Assembly: GCA_964430145.1 (NCBI GenBank)
Contig: CAYSGC010000001.1
Span: 1-59,607, forward strand
DNA length: 59,607 nt
Direction of reading: 5' to 3'
From: an uncultured Fusobacteriaceae bacterium
Lineage (GTDB): Bacteria; Fusobacteriota; Fusobacteriia; Fusobacteriales; Fusobacteriaceae
The notes under the pieces are model-generated. The model ran no database searches, had not been told where the DNA came from, and saw only the letters and a program-made list of their open reading frames with translations. Shown piece by piece: positions 9,812-20,131 of the stretch; position 1 is the first letter of the stretch; each line of letters starts with the position of its first letter. Both the position numbers and the translations under genes were made by a program.

Positions 9812-10420
9812 TTACTGAATAAACTCATTATCCTTATCTTTTCCAATCTTTTGCCTTAATTCAATTTTAAAAGTTCCATTTCCCTCTGCTACTGAATAAT
9901 CTTCGTTATAGAAATATGCATATAAACTTGGTAATACATACAATGCTACCTCACTATTATCGTAGATAAATTCAATTACTACATCCCTATAATCTGATTC
10001 ATTATCATAAGAGAATCCCCATTTTTTTAATCCTAAAATATTTTCTTGATTTAATTCATAGATATTTTCAAGAGAAATATTTTCTACATTTATATGTCCA
10101 TATTTTTCCTTCAATAATTTTTTGGTCTTTATAGAAATTTCATATTTACTTTCCTCCCAAATAGCAGAAAGCTCAAACTCTTTTTCTCCATATTCTTTTA
10201 AATCTTGCGTTACTTTTAAGTTATCTAAAGAGTTTTTACTTAGCTTAGAAAGTATCTTTCCTTCTATAGTAACTTTTGCTTCACTCACTACATTAGCACT
10301 TAGTTCTTCACTTGGAAGTGCTGATACATTAACTTTAGTTATCTCATCTGTACTTAATATAATCTTTTCGTCCTTGCCACTGTTCTCTAAAATATAGATT
10401 CTTGCCCTCATTTTTTTCAC
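9812..10420 (-). CDS. Second tube (Hcp/TssD)-like paralog with an insertion
   Basis: Aligns by eye with 24913-25353 (TIEGKI; W...DYR; YNEDYSVAEGNGTFKIELRQK). Confidence 0.65.
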   Translation of the reverse strand: MKKMRARIYILENSGKDEKIILSTDEITKVNVSALPSEELSANVVSEAKVTIEGKILSKLSKNSLDNLKVTQDLKEYGEKEFELSAIWEESKYEISIKTKKLLKEKYGHINVENISLENIYELNQENILGLKKWGFSYDNESDYRDVVIEFIYDNSEVALYVLPSLYAYFYNEDYSVAEGNGTFKIELRQKIGKDKDNEFIQ

Positions 10421-10448
10421 CTTCCATTAACTTAGTATTATCATTAGT

Positions 10449-11360
10449 CTATCTTTCCAAAGCTAAATATTGTAAGCTTTTATTTCGATTTTCTTTCAAG
10501 TAATTCTTTGTCTTTATTGTTCTTATTAATCCAGGTTTCGCATTTTTTAACTCAGGTTTTCTATCTAAATACTTTTCGACCACTTCATCATATAATGGCT
10601 GAAGTAAGTCTTTGGAAATAGAATTTCGTTTGAAAATCATCTTAAGAAAATCCATAATAATTTCTATTCCCCTTTCAAGATCCTTTTTTGATTCTAATTT
10701 TTTGATAATCTCAATTGTCTCTAAAACTTTTTTATAGCTATATTTCTTTTTCAGATTTTTTAAAGTGATTTTCCTTTCCTCTGCTTCATAAAGAGTTAAC
10801 GTCTCAATTAGTAGGGTAACTACTAGGCTTATTTCTTTTACATTACTTTTTTTTACGTTTAAAAGCTTATTGTAATATTCATTAAGCAAAACTTTAATTT
10901 TCTCTAATTCAGCATCATTAAAATCAAGAAGGCGTAAGATATCTTTTCTATATTTTTCTTCGATGACTTTAAAATCTGTTTGGAATGATTTAATAAGTCT
11001 ATCCCCTAGCAAAAGTAATTTCATTATTAATCTTGTATTCAAACAATCTTTTTTTAAAAATTGACCTAATAAAATTCTTTCTTCATATAAAGTAAGTTCT
11101 ACTTCGTTACAATACATTAGGCGTACGTGATTTATTTTATCTACTGTACTTTTCATAATTACTTTAATTAGATTCTCAGATCTCCCTACCTTTATAATAG
11201 CTTCTTCATATTCTCTTGGAACTAACACGATACCTTTTTCATCATACCTTTTAATTACCTCATCAAGGATTAATGTCTGAAAGAAAAGCTGCCTTGTAGA
11301 CTCTGACGTTTTCTTTAGCAACATCTTCCCTAAATGCTCGTCTAACTTTATTTTTCTCAT
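10449..11360 (-). CDS. Hypothetical helical protein
   Basis: 303-aa ORF with RBS, in the operon. Confidence 0.6.
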   Translation of the reverse strand: MRKIKLDEHLGKMLLKKTSESTRQLFFQTLILDEVIKRYDEKGIVLVPREYEEAIIKVGRSENLIKVIMKSTVDKINHVRLMYCNEVELTLYEERILLGQFLKKDCLNTRLIMKLLLLGDRLIKSFQTDFKVIEEKYRKDILRLLDFNDAELEKIKVLLNEYYNKLLNVKKSNVKEISLVVTLLIETLTLYEAEERKITLKNLKKKYSYKKVLETIEIIKKLESKKDLERGIEIIMDFLKMIFKRNSISKDLLQPLYDEVVEKYLDRKPELKNAKPGLIRTIKTKNYLKENRNKSLQYLALER

Positions 11361-11372
11361 TAATATTGCTCC

Positions 11373-12086
11373 TTAAAAAACAGAAATTTCACCTATCCTC
11401 ATAGTTACTTCATAACCAATAATTCCAAAATGATACTTCCAGAATAAATCTATCTTCATTTTTAATGGAAGGAACATCTCCTGCAATAGTTCAATTTTTA
11501 AAAAATTTTCTCTTGATTCGGGATAATTTAAATATACACTTATATTTTTCTGCGAACTGGTTTGATCATAAATTATTGAGTCCGGATATATTAATTTGAC
11601 TACTTTTTTAAAAGAAGATATCATTCCTAATCCTTTATACATCTCACATAAAATATCTGCAATCATATGCTTCTCATATTCCTTAAAGACATTAAAAGTC
11701 TTACTTGTATCTTCTCCAAAAGCTCCTGCTTCTATGTTTTTTATTATTTCTTTAACATATAAGTCCTTTTTATTTTGTCCTACATAGAGGTCTATTTTTC
11801 CTAAGTAATGCAAATATAAATTATTCATTCCATCGACAATTGATGAATTGTTATCTTTTTCAGGACTATTAAATAAAGCAAATATTTCATTAAACCTTAT
11901 AAACGGATTAACCTCAAATTCTTTGACTTCATTTTCAGCTTGCAGCATTATCCGATTAACGCTTTCTTCATTTAACTCAAAATATGGTGAAATTGTTGAT
12001 GCTATTTTATATCTGATCTGACTATTTTGAGACTCATAAAAACTCGTAAGAGGATACCATATATATGGATAATTGTATTTATTCAT
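11373..12086 (-). CDS. Putative baseplate wedge protein (TssG-like)
   Basis: Overlaps the 417-aa gene; size and C-terminal ELLQEMFLPLKMKIDL resemble TssG/gp7-type subunits; inference. Confidence 0.45.
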   Translation of the reverse strand: MNKYNYPYIWYPLTSFYESQNSQIRYKIASTISPYFELNEESVNRIMLQAENEVKEFEVNPFIRFNEIFALFNSPEKDNNSSIVDGMNNLYLHYLGKIDLYVGQNKKDLYVKEIIKNIEAGAFGEDTSKTFNVFKEYEKHMIADILCEMYKGLGMISSFKKVVKLIYPDSIIYDQTSSQKNISVYLNYPESRENFLKIELLQEMFLPLKMKIDLFWKYHFGIIGYEVTMRIGEISVF

Positions 12087-13332
12087 TTCTAACACCCACA
12101 CACTTATATTCTGGAAAATAAAGTTGGATTTCAGAAATTAAGAAACTTAGCATATCCAATGTATAGATATCTTCTTTTAAAAAATCAAAAGTTAACTCAA
12201 GATATGTTAACTTTCCTTTTAAACTAAACTCGTCAACTATAAAAGAATTCAATTTATACAACGGAAGCTCTTCTTTAATTTCTTCCTTTACCTCTGCCCC
12301 TATGAATCTAAAGTATTCCCTAATTTTAGGGAAACTGTGCACTATCCTTTTTAGTTCCCCAATATTTCTAATCCTGACCTCTCTTTCCATCTTTAACTTA
12401 TTAACAAAATTAAGGTCTCTTTGATTTGAAAAATAACGATGTTTAGTTTGACTTAGATCTATCCCTTCACTTGGCTTTATTATTATTAGATTCCAAAGGA
12501 TCTCTCCTGCTTCACTAGTTACAACTTTTAATGTCTCTGTGTCAGGTTTAGAAATATAATAAATGTGATGATCTGTAGGAACTAAGTAAACATTTTCAAT
12601 ATTTTCTAATAAAATAGTATGTTCATAATGGATCCTATTTTGAGTTGGCTTAACTAGTCCATCGCCATTTACTTTAGTTTCTTTTATATTCCACATCAAT
12701 ACATGATTTTCCAGCCATTTCCCCGATAAATCCTCAGCATCAATCTCTAAAGTTTCCGTTCCATCTAACTGAGTCAATATTTCTTTATTAAAGCCGATTG
12801 CTTTCACTCTAAAAAATTTCCTTGCATAAGGTACGTTATAACTCTTCCATTTTATGTTATTCAAACTAAATACTTCATGTAAAAACTCTAAACGTTTTAT
12901 AATTGAATCATCATATTCAAGTTGACACTCAATAAGGTGCTTAGTGCCCTTCACTAATAAATACGCTTTCATTCTTCTTCCATTTATTTTTTCAAGCTCT
13001 ATAAAAGAATCATCTATAAAAACTCTTTTTAAAATTTTATCTTCCGTTTCAAGAACTTTAACTAAAGATTTTTCATTATTAGCTATTATTTCACTATACC
13101 CCTCTTCATATAGGTACTGCTTTTCTTCCCTCACTAAAATAGTTTTTAAATTTACTTCACTAACCTTTTCATCTATTGACTTTAATATTGTTTTGTCAAA
13201 ACTTTCCATACTTGCTTTTGTTTTACTAATTAACTCATATAAGCCCCTTAATGAGTCTCTTCTAAAAATTTCTCTTTCTTCTTTTGACATTTTCTTCAAT
13301 TCTAATTCTATTATCTTTTGAAATTCATCCAT
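12079..13332 (-). CDS. Putative baseplate wedge protein (TssF-like)
   Basis: 417 aa, paired with the TssG-like gene; C-terminal FLISEIQLYFPEYKC; inference. Confidence 0.45.
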   Translation of the reverse strand: MDEFQKIIELELKKMSKEEREIFRRDSLRGLYELISKTKASMESFDKTILKSIDEKVSEVNLKTILVREEKQYLYEEGYSEIIANNEKSLVKVLETEDKILKRVFIDDSFIELEKINGRRMKAYLLVKGTKHLIECQLEYDDSIIKRLEFLHEVFSLNNIKWKSYNVPYARKFFRVKAIGFNKEILTQLDGTETLEIDAEDLSGKWLENHVLMWNIKETKVNGDGLVKPTQNRIHYEHTILLENIENVYLVPTDHHIYYISKPDTETLKVVTSEAGEILWNLIIIKPSEGIDLSQTKHRYFSNQRDLNFVNKLKMEREVRIRNIGELKRIVHSFPKIREYFRFIGAEVKEEIKEELPLYKLNSFIVDEFSLKGKLTYLELTFDFLKEDIYTLDMLSFLISEIQLYFPEYKCVGVRNE

Positions 13333-13399
13333 TTATACTCCTGTCTCTATAGCTTTTCTTAATATATTTTGAGTGATTCCCACCTATTTTCTGTTACAT

Positions 13400-15226
13400 C
13401 TACAAATAATAATCCCTGATCGGTCCATTTTCTTTAAAGCCACGATATTTTTGCCTTGGTATAGCCTCTTTATTAGCAACTACCTTTTTTTCTATTGGAA
13501 GTATATTAGAGTTCTCCTCTGATACTTCTTCCAGATCATCAATTATAACTGTCGGTTTTCCTCCTTTTATTCCTGCTAATTCAAATATATTTATGTACTT
13601 TCCTATTATATAAGTAGCTTTCCCATCATCTAAACCTAGTTTTTTTTCATACCCTGAATAATTACTTTCTGTTATATTTTTTACAATCACATCTGGATAT
13701 TTCCAATGTTTCTTTAATTTCGAATATCCTTTACTATAATTGGAAAGAATATTAGGTTTTCCTAACAAATCTTTGGTTATATTTTTTAAATAACCTTTCT
13801 TCTCTATTCCATTCTTTATCTTTAAATTCTGACCAGATAAAATATCTTTAAATTTGCCTATTTCCCTAGTCTTATTAAAATAGTCCTTTGCAGCATTCCT
13901 TACAAAGTTGCCATTAACTTTTCCCGGGTGTATGTTTCCATTATCATCCATGTAGAGCAGAAAGTCATTTACACTATGATAATCAAACCCAATTTGTTTT
14001 ATTGTTTTTCTAATAACTCTCATCTTACTGTCATCTGTCTCATCAATATACTTGATATCTTCCTGTAAGACATTAATGCATACTCCTAACCTTGTTTGGA
14101 TCATAGCTGTCCAGTCTTTTGTATTAAAATAATTTTTAATAGTATTACTATTTTCTAGCTTGGAATACGATTTAGCAAACTTTTGAGTAGTTTTTAAAAG
14201 CCAATAAATTTCATAAGCAGAAACTTCCGCTGAGGCTTCTATATTTTTCACTTCGCTGTCAGTTAATTTATATGAATAAGAAAAGTCGTGCGAGCTCCCC
14301 ATGGAGAAGCTTCCTTTCCAACTATCGCCGATCTCAAAAGAATACACTTCTGTTTTACCTTGATTATTATAATATTCATGAGTATTTTTAATAATGATAC
14401 CAGCTATATCATTAATTATATTTTTCATATTACTTAAGTCTAAAATAGGTTCAATCTCTCCCCCTGAGTTCAAATATTTATTTTGAATCTCTTCAGCACT
14501 TTTCATTTTATTGATTTCAATTGCTTGCATAATATCATTTATCTTTCCTGATATTCCTTTTTTTATAGAATGTTTATGAACTCCAATACCTAATCCATTC
14601 CATGTAACTGTTTTATGCTTCCCTTCCGCATAACATGCCACATATTGAGCTAAAGCTCCTCCAAGGCTATGTCCAGTTATATGAATAGTGGAGTTGCTCC
14701 CATATTCTTTTAAAATATATTCATAAAATAATACGGCAGCGGTTAAATGTGGAGAATGCCTATTAAAAAATCCTATCTCTGCATCTGTTAATAAATCTTC
14801 TACTTCAGATGGTTCTGTCCCACGATAAGCAATAACAATATCATTTCCCTTTTTAAAAGCCACAGCCTGCATCCCACTTGGATAACGGCTTTCTATACCT
14901 AGATAATCTTTATATATCTTCTGATGATCTGCAAAGTATAAAAACTCCCATCCTATTGATAGCTCTTTATATTTAGGTGGTGCTTCTTCTCTTCCATTAT
15001 TTTCCTCTTCAGAAACTACCATGAAAATCCTTTTATCTCTTTCATCATAAAGTTGATTACCATTCCCATCACTCTTAGGTGATTCTAATTTGGGAGTACT
15101 AGTTAATTTAGGCCAAAGTTTCTTTATTAAACGCATTACTTCCTTATTTATTTCATCTTCAACTTCTTTTATTCCCCAATTCAAATATGCCAATTGAGAG
15201 AAATTTGCATACACTATCTCAGTCAT
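13400..15226 (-). CDS. Lipase-family (class 3 / DUF2974-like) effector
   Basis: IVIAYRGTE and HITGHSLGGALAQY nucleophile elbow; no signal peptide. Confidence 0.85.
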   Translation of the reverse strand: MTEIVYANFSQLAYLNWGIKEVEDEINKEVMRLIKKLWPKLTSTPKLESPKSDGNGNQLYDERDKRIFMVVSEEENNGREEAPPKYKELSIGWEFLYFADHQKIYKDYLGIESRYPSGMQAVAFKKGNDIVIAYRGTEPSEVEDLLTDAEIGFFNRHSPHLTAAVLFYEYILKEYGSNSTIHITGHSLGGALAQYVACYAEGKHKTVTWNGLGIGVHKHSIKKGISGKINDIMQAIEINKMKSAEEIQNKYLNSGGEIEPILDLSNMKNIINDIAGIIIKNTHEYYNNQGKTEVYSFEIGDSWKGSFSMGSSHDFSYSYKLTDSEVKNIEASAEVSAYEIYWLLKTTQKFAKSYSKLENSNTIKNYFNTKDWTAMIQTRLGVCINVLQEDIKYIDETDDSKMRVIRKTIKQIGFDYHSVNDFLLYMDDNGNIHPGKVNGNFVRNAAKDYFNKTREIGKFKDILSGQNLKIKNGIEKKGYLKNITKDLLGKPNILSNYSKGYSKLKKHWKYPDVIVKNITESNYSGYEKKLGLDDGKATYIIGKYINIFELAGIKGGKPTVIIDDLEEVSEENSNILPIEKKVVANKEAIPRQKYRGFKENGPIRDYYL

Positions 15227-15228
15227 TT

Positions 15229-16119
15229 CTACTCCTTTCTCCCAACATATTCTCCATCGACATATCCTCCTAAATATTCTGGTTTAATAGGGATAAATCT
15301 TTTCTCATCTGAATCTGCTATAAACCTTTTATAAGTTCTCTCATCTCGAAAGTTCTTATAAAATACATCAAGTAACTGCTGTTTCTCATCTAAAGATAGT
15401 TCTTGTTTTTGTTTTATCTTCTTCAAAATCTTTTTTATGTTCTCTTCTTTCCTAAATGGAGGCACAATTGCATTTTTTACTCGCTTGTATTCAGTAAAAA
15501 ACTTTTCGTCTCTTACATAAACCTGAAGTGAAGTTCTAAAATTCAGCTCATGATACATATAGTTAGCAAGATCAAGAGTCTTTTTCTTATATTCTTCAAT
15601 ATCTATACTCTCTAAATCTTTTACGAATACATTCACAGGTGTTGTGTATACTGATGCTTTTTCATCAAATGGATATTCTTTAGAATGCCTTACTTTTAGA
15701 GTTTCTGTTACTCTATTTTCATCAAAAAATCCATTTGTAGTATTAGTTAATATAGTCAAGGGACCAAGGAATTTCCGAGCATCTTCTGTCATTATATTAT
15801 CAAGCTTATTACCCCATATAAGGCTTTCAACAGCTCCATTATAAGGAGTAATATAAGCTAAAGATTCAAATGATACAGGTAAAAGCCCCATTACTCTCTC
15901 TTTCTTCAATTTGTCACTGTATAGAAGACCTCTGTATTTTACACTTGTCATAAAACTTCTTTCACGTTCTAGTCCTCTTACAAAATAAAAATTATCATTG
16001 TATCTTTTGTTATATACTTTCGTAACCTTTGAATTATGTATTTTCGTTAAGGGACCACATCCAAAAAATAAAGTTAAACAAATCAATATTATTCCTAATT
16101 TAATCTCTTTTAATTTCAC
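15229..16119 (-). CDS. Lipoprotein, putative immunity protein of the lipase effector
   Basis: Signal peptide ending LFFGC; lies 2 bp upstream of the lipase gene. Confidence 0.7.
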   Translation of the reverse strand: MKLKEIKLGIILICLTLFFGCGPLTKIHNSKVTKVYNKRYNDNFYFVRGLERERSFMTSVKYRGLLYSDKLKKERVMGLLPVSFESLAYITPYNGAVESLIWGNKLDNIMTEDARKFLGPLTILTNTTNGFFDENRVTETLKVRHSKEYPFDEKASVYTTPVNVFVKDLESIDIEEYKKKTLDLANYMYHELNFRTSLQVYVRDEKFFTEYKRVKNAIVPPFRKEENIKKILKKIKQKQELSLDEKQQLLDVFYKNFRDERTYKRFIADSDEKRFIPIKPEYLGGYVDGEYVGRKE

Positions 16120-16215
16120 CTTTCCTCCTTAAAGTTGATAATAAAACTTCTAAAACACCTCGTCCTCTTTATAATTTAAAGCCTTAACAATTAATCCTCT
16201 TAGCCATTTGTTTTG

Positions 16216-18798
16216 CTAATGCTTTCCATCAAAAAAACTAATTGTAGTAATATCTTCTTCAAATGAAAAATATTTTCTTTTCCCTATATACAACTGATCC
16301 TCTTCACGCCTGACTCCTACTACATAAAATCCCCAAAATTTAGAATCCGTATACACAAAAAAGTTGGTTTCTCCATTTAGAATAATGTCTAGGCTCTCTT
16401 GTGTATAGTTCCCTTCAAGCTCTCTCAGCACTTCCTGCTCATCCAACTCATTGTAACTTTTTAATTTATTTAAATAAGTATAGGTTTTCTTTAGCTCGTT
16501 TTCTTTATTCCTTAGATAAAAAGATACTATTTCTGTTGTAGAAATTTTCTTTATCTCTCCAGAGTTTCTACCAGCTTTCCCACCTATTCTGACCAACTCT
16601 ACTTCTTCACCATTGTATTTATTAGCACATAAAGAATAAGGAACTATTGGGATATCATTTTCGATTGATACTCTTATATTCCCCATCTTACTTGAATTTA
16701 AATATCTTAAAGCCCCATCTAAGCAACTAATCTTTAGTTGCTCTTCATCTTCTTCTACATTTCTTCTGAAATCTATCATTTTTCCAGGGACGAATTCTTT
16801 CAATATTTCGTTAAACAGATTAACTTTACACGATTGTCCACTCAATTTAATCAAAGAGTATTCAAATAGCTTATTACTCTCATAATATTGAGTTAGAAAT
16901 CTTCTAAATATTTCATAGATATCTGCTTTCACTAACTTTATTATTTCTTCTTTGGTTATTATCAAATCTGGAAACGCAGTATGACCTTCTAAAGAGTTAT
17001 GCTTATTTATATAAAGTATCCAATCTTTCAAATAAGTGATTGATAAGTCATTAGATGAATGCTTTATATTATCAAAACGCGTCCTTACTATAGTAGTTTT
17101 CTTGAACAGCTCTTTTTTTAATTCTTCAGCAATTTCCCATAAGAAAAAGAAATTATTTTTAACTTTTTTGTATGTATCACTAGCACTATTTTCAAAGTCT
17201 TTAAATTTTGTTGGAATAATACGGTCTGCTTTACCATATTCAACAGATAGATTTTCGTATATTTTCTTCACTCCTAGATCATCAACTTCACGATAAATTA
17301 AATCGTTAGCATATGGAATCAATTCATTGATGCCTATCCCTTTTTGCTTTGTATAATATTGAGCTAAAACTACTTTCAAAAACTGTAAAATTCTATAAGT
17401 AATATTATTTCCGCCAAAGCTATCTTCACTATTTTCAAAAGTGGTTTTTATGTCTATATCATAATAAATATCTTCTGAAGAAGCCTTAAAAACACATGAA
17501 GCAAGGTCCGTTGTCCCTCCTCCACAGTCAATAATTAAAGCCTTATATTCTTGATTATTTTCAAATCTTCTATTATAAATTAATTTTTCCAAAGAATTAT
17601 ATAAAACAGAAACTCCTTCATCTAGCGCATTGTCCTTTATTATGCTGTAATTTGGTAATATTTCTTGAAACATCATTAAAAATTCATTCTTCAGTTTTAC
17701 AGGAGTAGTAATATGAATATTTTTAAATTTACATTTAAAAGAACTTTCAGCTCGGTCAACGATATATTCAATATAAGCTTTTATGATTTCTTTTCTGGCT
17801 ATATATCTTATATCACCATTTTCATCAACTATACGTTCCTCCACCTCCAACGATTTCACCCAGTTCTTTATTCCGTAGAAAACACTTCCTTTTAAACTGT
17901 AATTGTTTGCTCTCAGCATATTTTTCACATCATATCCAAACAGATAGCTTATTTCCTCAGCTTTAAAGCAATTTTTGATATAAACTACCGTTGGTATTAT
18001 TTTTGAAATTTCTTGATCTGATTTAGGAAACCTCACATAATTAATTCTATCTAACTGAATACTTCCATTTAGTATCTTATGTTGCGGTAAATCTTTTATA
18101 TAGAACCTATCTAAATAAACTCCGGCTGTTGTATTTGCAGTTCCAAAGTCAAGACATAAAGGTGTTGTAGTTTCCTCTAATTCTCTATATAAGAAGCTAT
18201 CTAAAGGTATTTGGTAATAATTCAAAGAGCTGGCGCTCTTGCCTCCTAAATCTTCTTTATAGTAAGCTTCATGTAAAAATCGTTCATCAGATTTATTGAA
18301 AAATATAAAAGAATAATTCTGGTTTCTTAGGTTCTCGAGTCTAAAAAACTTTTCTTCACTTTTTAGGTAGTAAGTATTTCTTTCATTTGAGTTAGGTTCT
18401 AATTGAAAGATTCCACACAAATAATTTTGGCCATTAATTAAAAATACGTTATTATCAGAAATATTTTCTGGTAAACCTATTTTATATTCATCTTCCGTTG
18501 TCAGATCCATTCCTTTATATAAAATTATTTGATGAGGAATTTTAATTAAGTCTGAATCTCCCAACTTAAACCCTAACTTTGAATCAAAAACTTCTTGCAG
18601 CCTAACTAAACCTTTTTCTCTATATTCTGAAATACTATAAACCTTGTCACGACTCCTATATTTCAAAATAATATTAACTAATTCACGACGATCTAAATTT
18701 TCTTTAAAGCCTTCTACTAATTTTTCGTCTACACAAATTTTATATAGGTCATAATAACTTTTTCTTCTAAGTTCTTCATAAACATAATACTGTTTCAT
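16216..18798 (-). CDS. Hsp70/DnaK-like (actin-fold) ATPase with long N-terminal extension
   Basis: CLDFGTANT, IIDCGGGTTDLA, FGGNNIT and KLSGQSC motifs. Confidence 0.88.
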   Translation of the reverse strand: MKQYYVYEELRRKSYYDLYKICVDEKLVEGFKENLDRRELVNIILKYRSRDKVYSISEYREKGLVRLQEVFDSKLGFKLGDSDLIKIPHQIILYKGMDLTTEDEYKIGLPENISDNNVFLINGQNYLCGIFQLEPNSNERNTYYLKSEEKFFRLENLRNQNYSFIFFNKSDERFLHEAYYKEDLGGKSASSLNYYQIPLDSFLYRELEETTTPLCLDFGTANTTAGVYLDRFYIKDLPQHKILNGSIQLDRINYVRFPKSDQEISKIIPTVVYIKNCFKAEEISYLFGYDVKNMLRANNYSLKGSVFYGIKNWVKSLEVEERIVDENGDIRYIARKEIIKAYIEYIVDRAESSFKCKFKNIHITTPVKLKNEFLMMFQEILPNYSIIKDNALDEGVSVLYNSLEKLIYNRRFENNQEYKALIIDCGGGTTDLASCVFKASSEDIYYDIDIKTTFENSEDSFGGNNITYRILQFLKVVLAQYYTKQKGIGINELIPYANDLIYREVDDLGVKKIYENLSVEYGKADRIIPTKFKDFENSASDTYKKVKNNFFFLWEIAEELKKELFKKTTIVRTRFDNIKHSSNDLSITYLKDWILYINKHNSLEGHTAFPDLIITKEEIIKLVKADIYEIFRRFLTQYYESNKLFEYSLIKLSGQSCKVNLFNEILKEFVPGKMIDFRRNVEEDEEQLKISCLDGALRYLNSSKMGNIRVSIENDIPIVPYSLCANKYNGEEVELVRIGGKAGRNSGEIKKISTTEIVSFYLRNKENELKKTYTYLNKLKSYNELDEQEVLRELEGNYTQESLDIILNGETNFFVYTDSKFWGFYVVGVRREEDQLYIGKRKYFSFEEDITTISFFDGKH

Positions 18799-19421
18799 AT
18801 TCTTCTCCCAAATTTTATAGTTTCATTACCTAATGAAACTTTGATATATTCCTTATCCTTTTTACCAATAATATAATCTCCTGTTGAACATACTATCTTG
18901 TATTCTGTTTCCAATCTATTTACGCTGTCCAATCTGATTTTTAGATTCCTGTTTCCCAATGACTCTACAGACTTTACCCAAGGAAAACTTTCCAATACTT
19001 TCTCCAAGACTCTCTCACTTTGTTTTATCCCTTTTCTTTTTAAAACCTGATAAAAAGTTGAGTAATAATCTCTTCCTTCAAGATCATCTATTAAAAATAT
19101 GTCCGCTTTCAAAGTATAAAATGTCGAAATATTTCGAATAATCTGTCTTAACTTACTATGTTTATAAATCCCTACTCTTATTAGCCCAGAAGTAAATTCT
19201 ACCTTTTCTTCCCAGCTACCTCTTTCGTAGTTTATAGGATGATCTGTGAAATACACTTTTTTCCTATTTACTTCAACTACTTCTAAAGTCGAGCATTCAA
19301 AAGAATCCGGTAAAGAATAAAAACACATATTACCTTTTGTATCTAGGAGTTCTTCTTTTTTTAAAATAATTTCAGGAGACGACTTTTTTAATCGACTCAC
19401 TAAAGCCCCAATAAATCCCAA
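18795..19421 (-). CDS. Hypothetical protein
   Basis: 208-aa ORF overlapping both neighbours. Confidence 0.6.
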   Translation of the reverse strand: MGFIGALVSRLKKSSPEIILKKEELLDTKGNMCFYSLPDSFECSTLEVVEVNRKKVYFTDHPINYERGSWEEKVEFTSGLIRVGIYKHSKLRQIIRNISTFYTLKADIFLIDDLEGRDYYSTFYQVLKRKGIKQSERVLEKVLESFPWVKSVESLGNRNLKIRLDSVNRLETEYKIVCSTGDYIIGKKDKEYIKVSLGNETIKFGRRI

Positions 19422-20131
19422 GCTTTTAACACCTCCTCTGTATTCTGGTAACCTTCTTCTGAACTTTCTTTAGTTCCTTTCTTAATAAATAATCTTAAGT
19501 TTAGAGGGAGTGTTGACATTGCACACTCCTCAGATCCTAAAAGCAAAAACTTCAAGATTTTAAATAAACTGTATAAATCTATCCTTTCATCACATCGATT
19601 TATTAAGCATTCTAGGTTTTGTGAATACTTGGGTGTAAACTGGATGAAGGTATTATTTCCATTTAACTTTCTAGAAGCTGCAAAATCAATTAAAAATATC
19701 TCATCACGATCATAGAGAACATTCTGAGGTTTTAAATCACAATGAACATATCCTTTTGAGTGGAGTTCACTCAAAGTCTGGAGTATCAATAAGAAAATAT
19801 TTCTAACTTTACCCCAGGTTAATTTTTTTTCAACTTTCAATTCTCTTAAAGTCTTACCAGGAATATAACTTAAAATAATTCCAAAAAATTTCTCGGAAGA
19901 AAAACACTCTATAACTTGTGGAATATTTAAAATGTCTATATCTTTTAATTTTTTGTATTCATTTTCTATAACTTTAATCCAATTGCTTCTTTTCTGTGTG
20001 ACTTTCACAACATAATTGATTCCCTTTTCATCTGTCACTAAATAAGCAATTATTTCTTGGCAATTATTAAGTTTCTTTATTACTGTATATCCTTTCTTTA
20101 AAAGAAAGGTATCCAATTGCTTTCCTTCCAA
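19400..20131 (-). CDS. Ser/Thr protein kinase (stand-alone catalytic domain)
   Basis: YVVKV, HCDLKPQN, IDFA; no Gly-rich loop. Confidence 0.88.
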   Translation of the reverse strand: MEGKQLDTFLLKKGYTVIKKLNNCQEIIAYLVTDEKGINYVVKVTQKRSNWIKVIENEYKKLKDIDILNIPQVIECFSSEKFFGIILSYIPGKTLRELKVEKKLTWGKVRNIFLLILQTLSELHSKGYVHCDLKPQNVLYDRDEIFLIDFAASRKLNGNNTFIQFTPKYSQNLECLINRCDERIDLYSLFKILKFLLLGSEECAMSTLPLNLRLFIKKGTKESSEEGYQNTEEVLKAWDLLGL

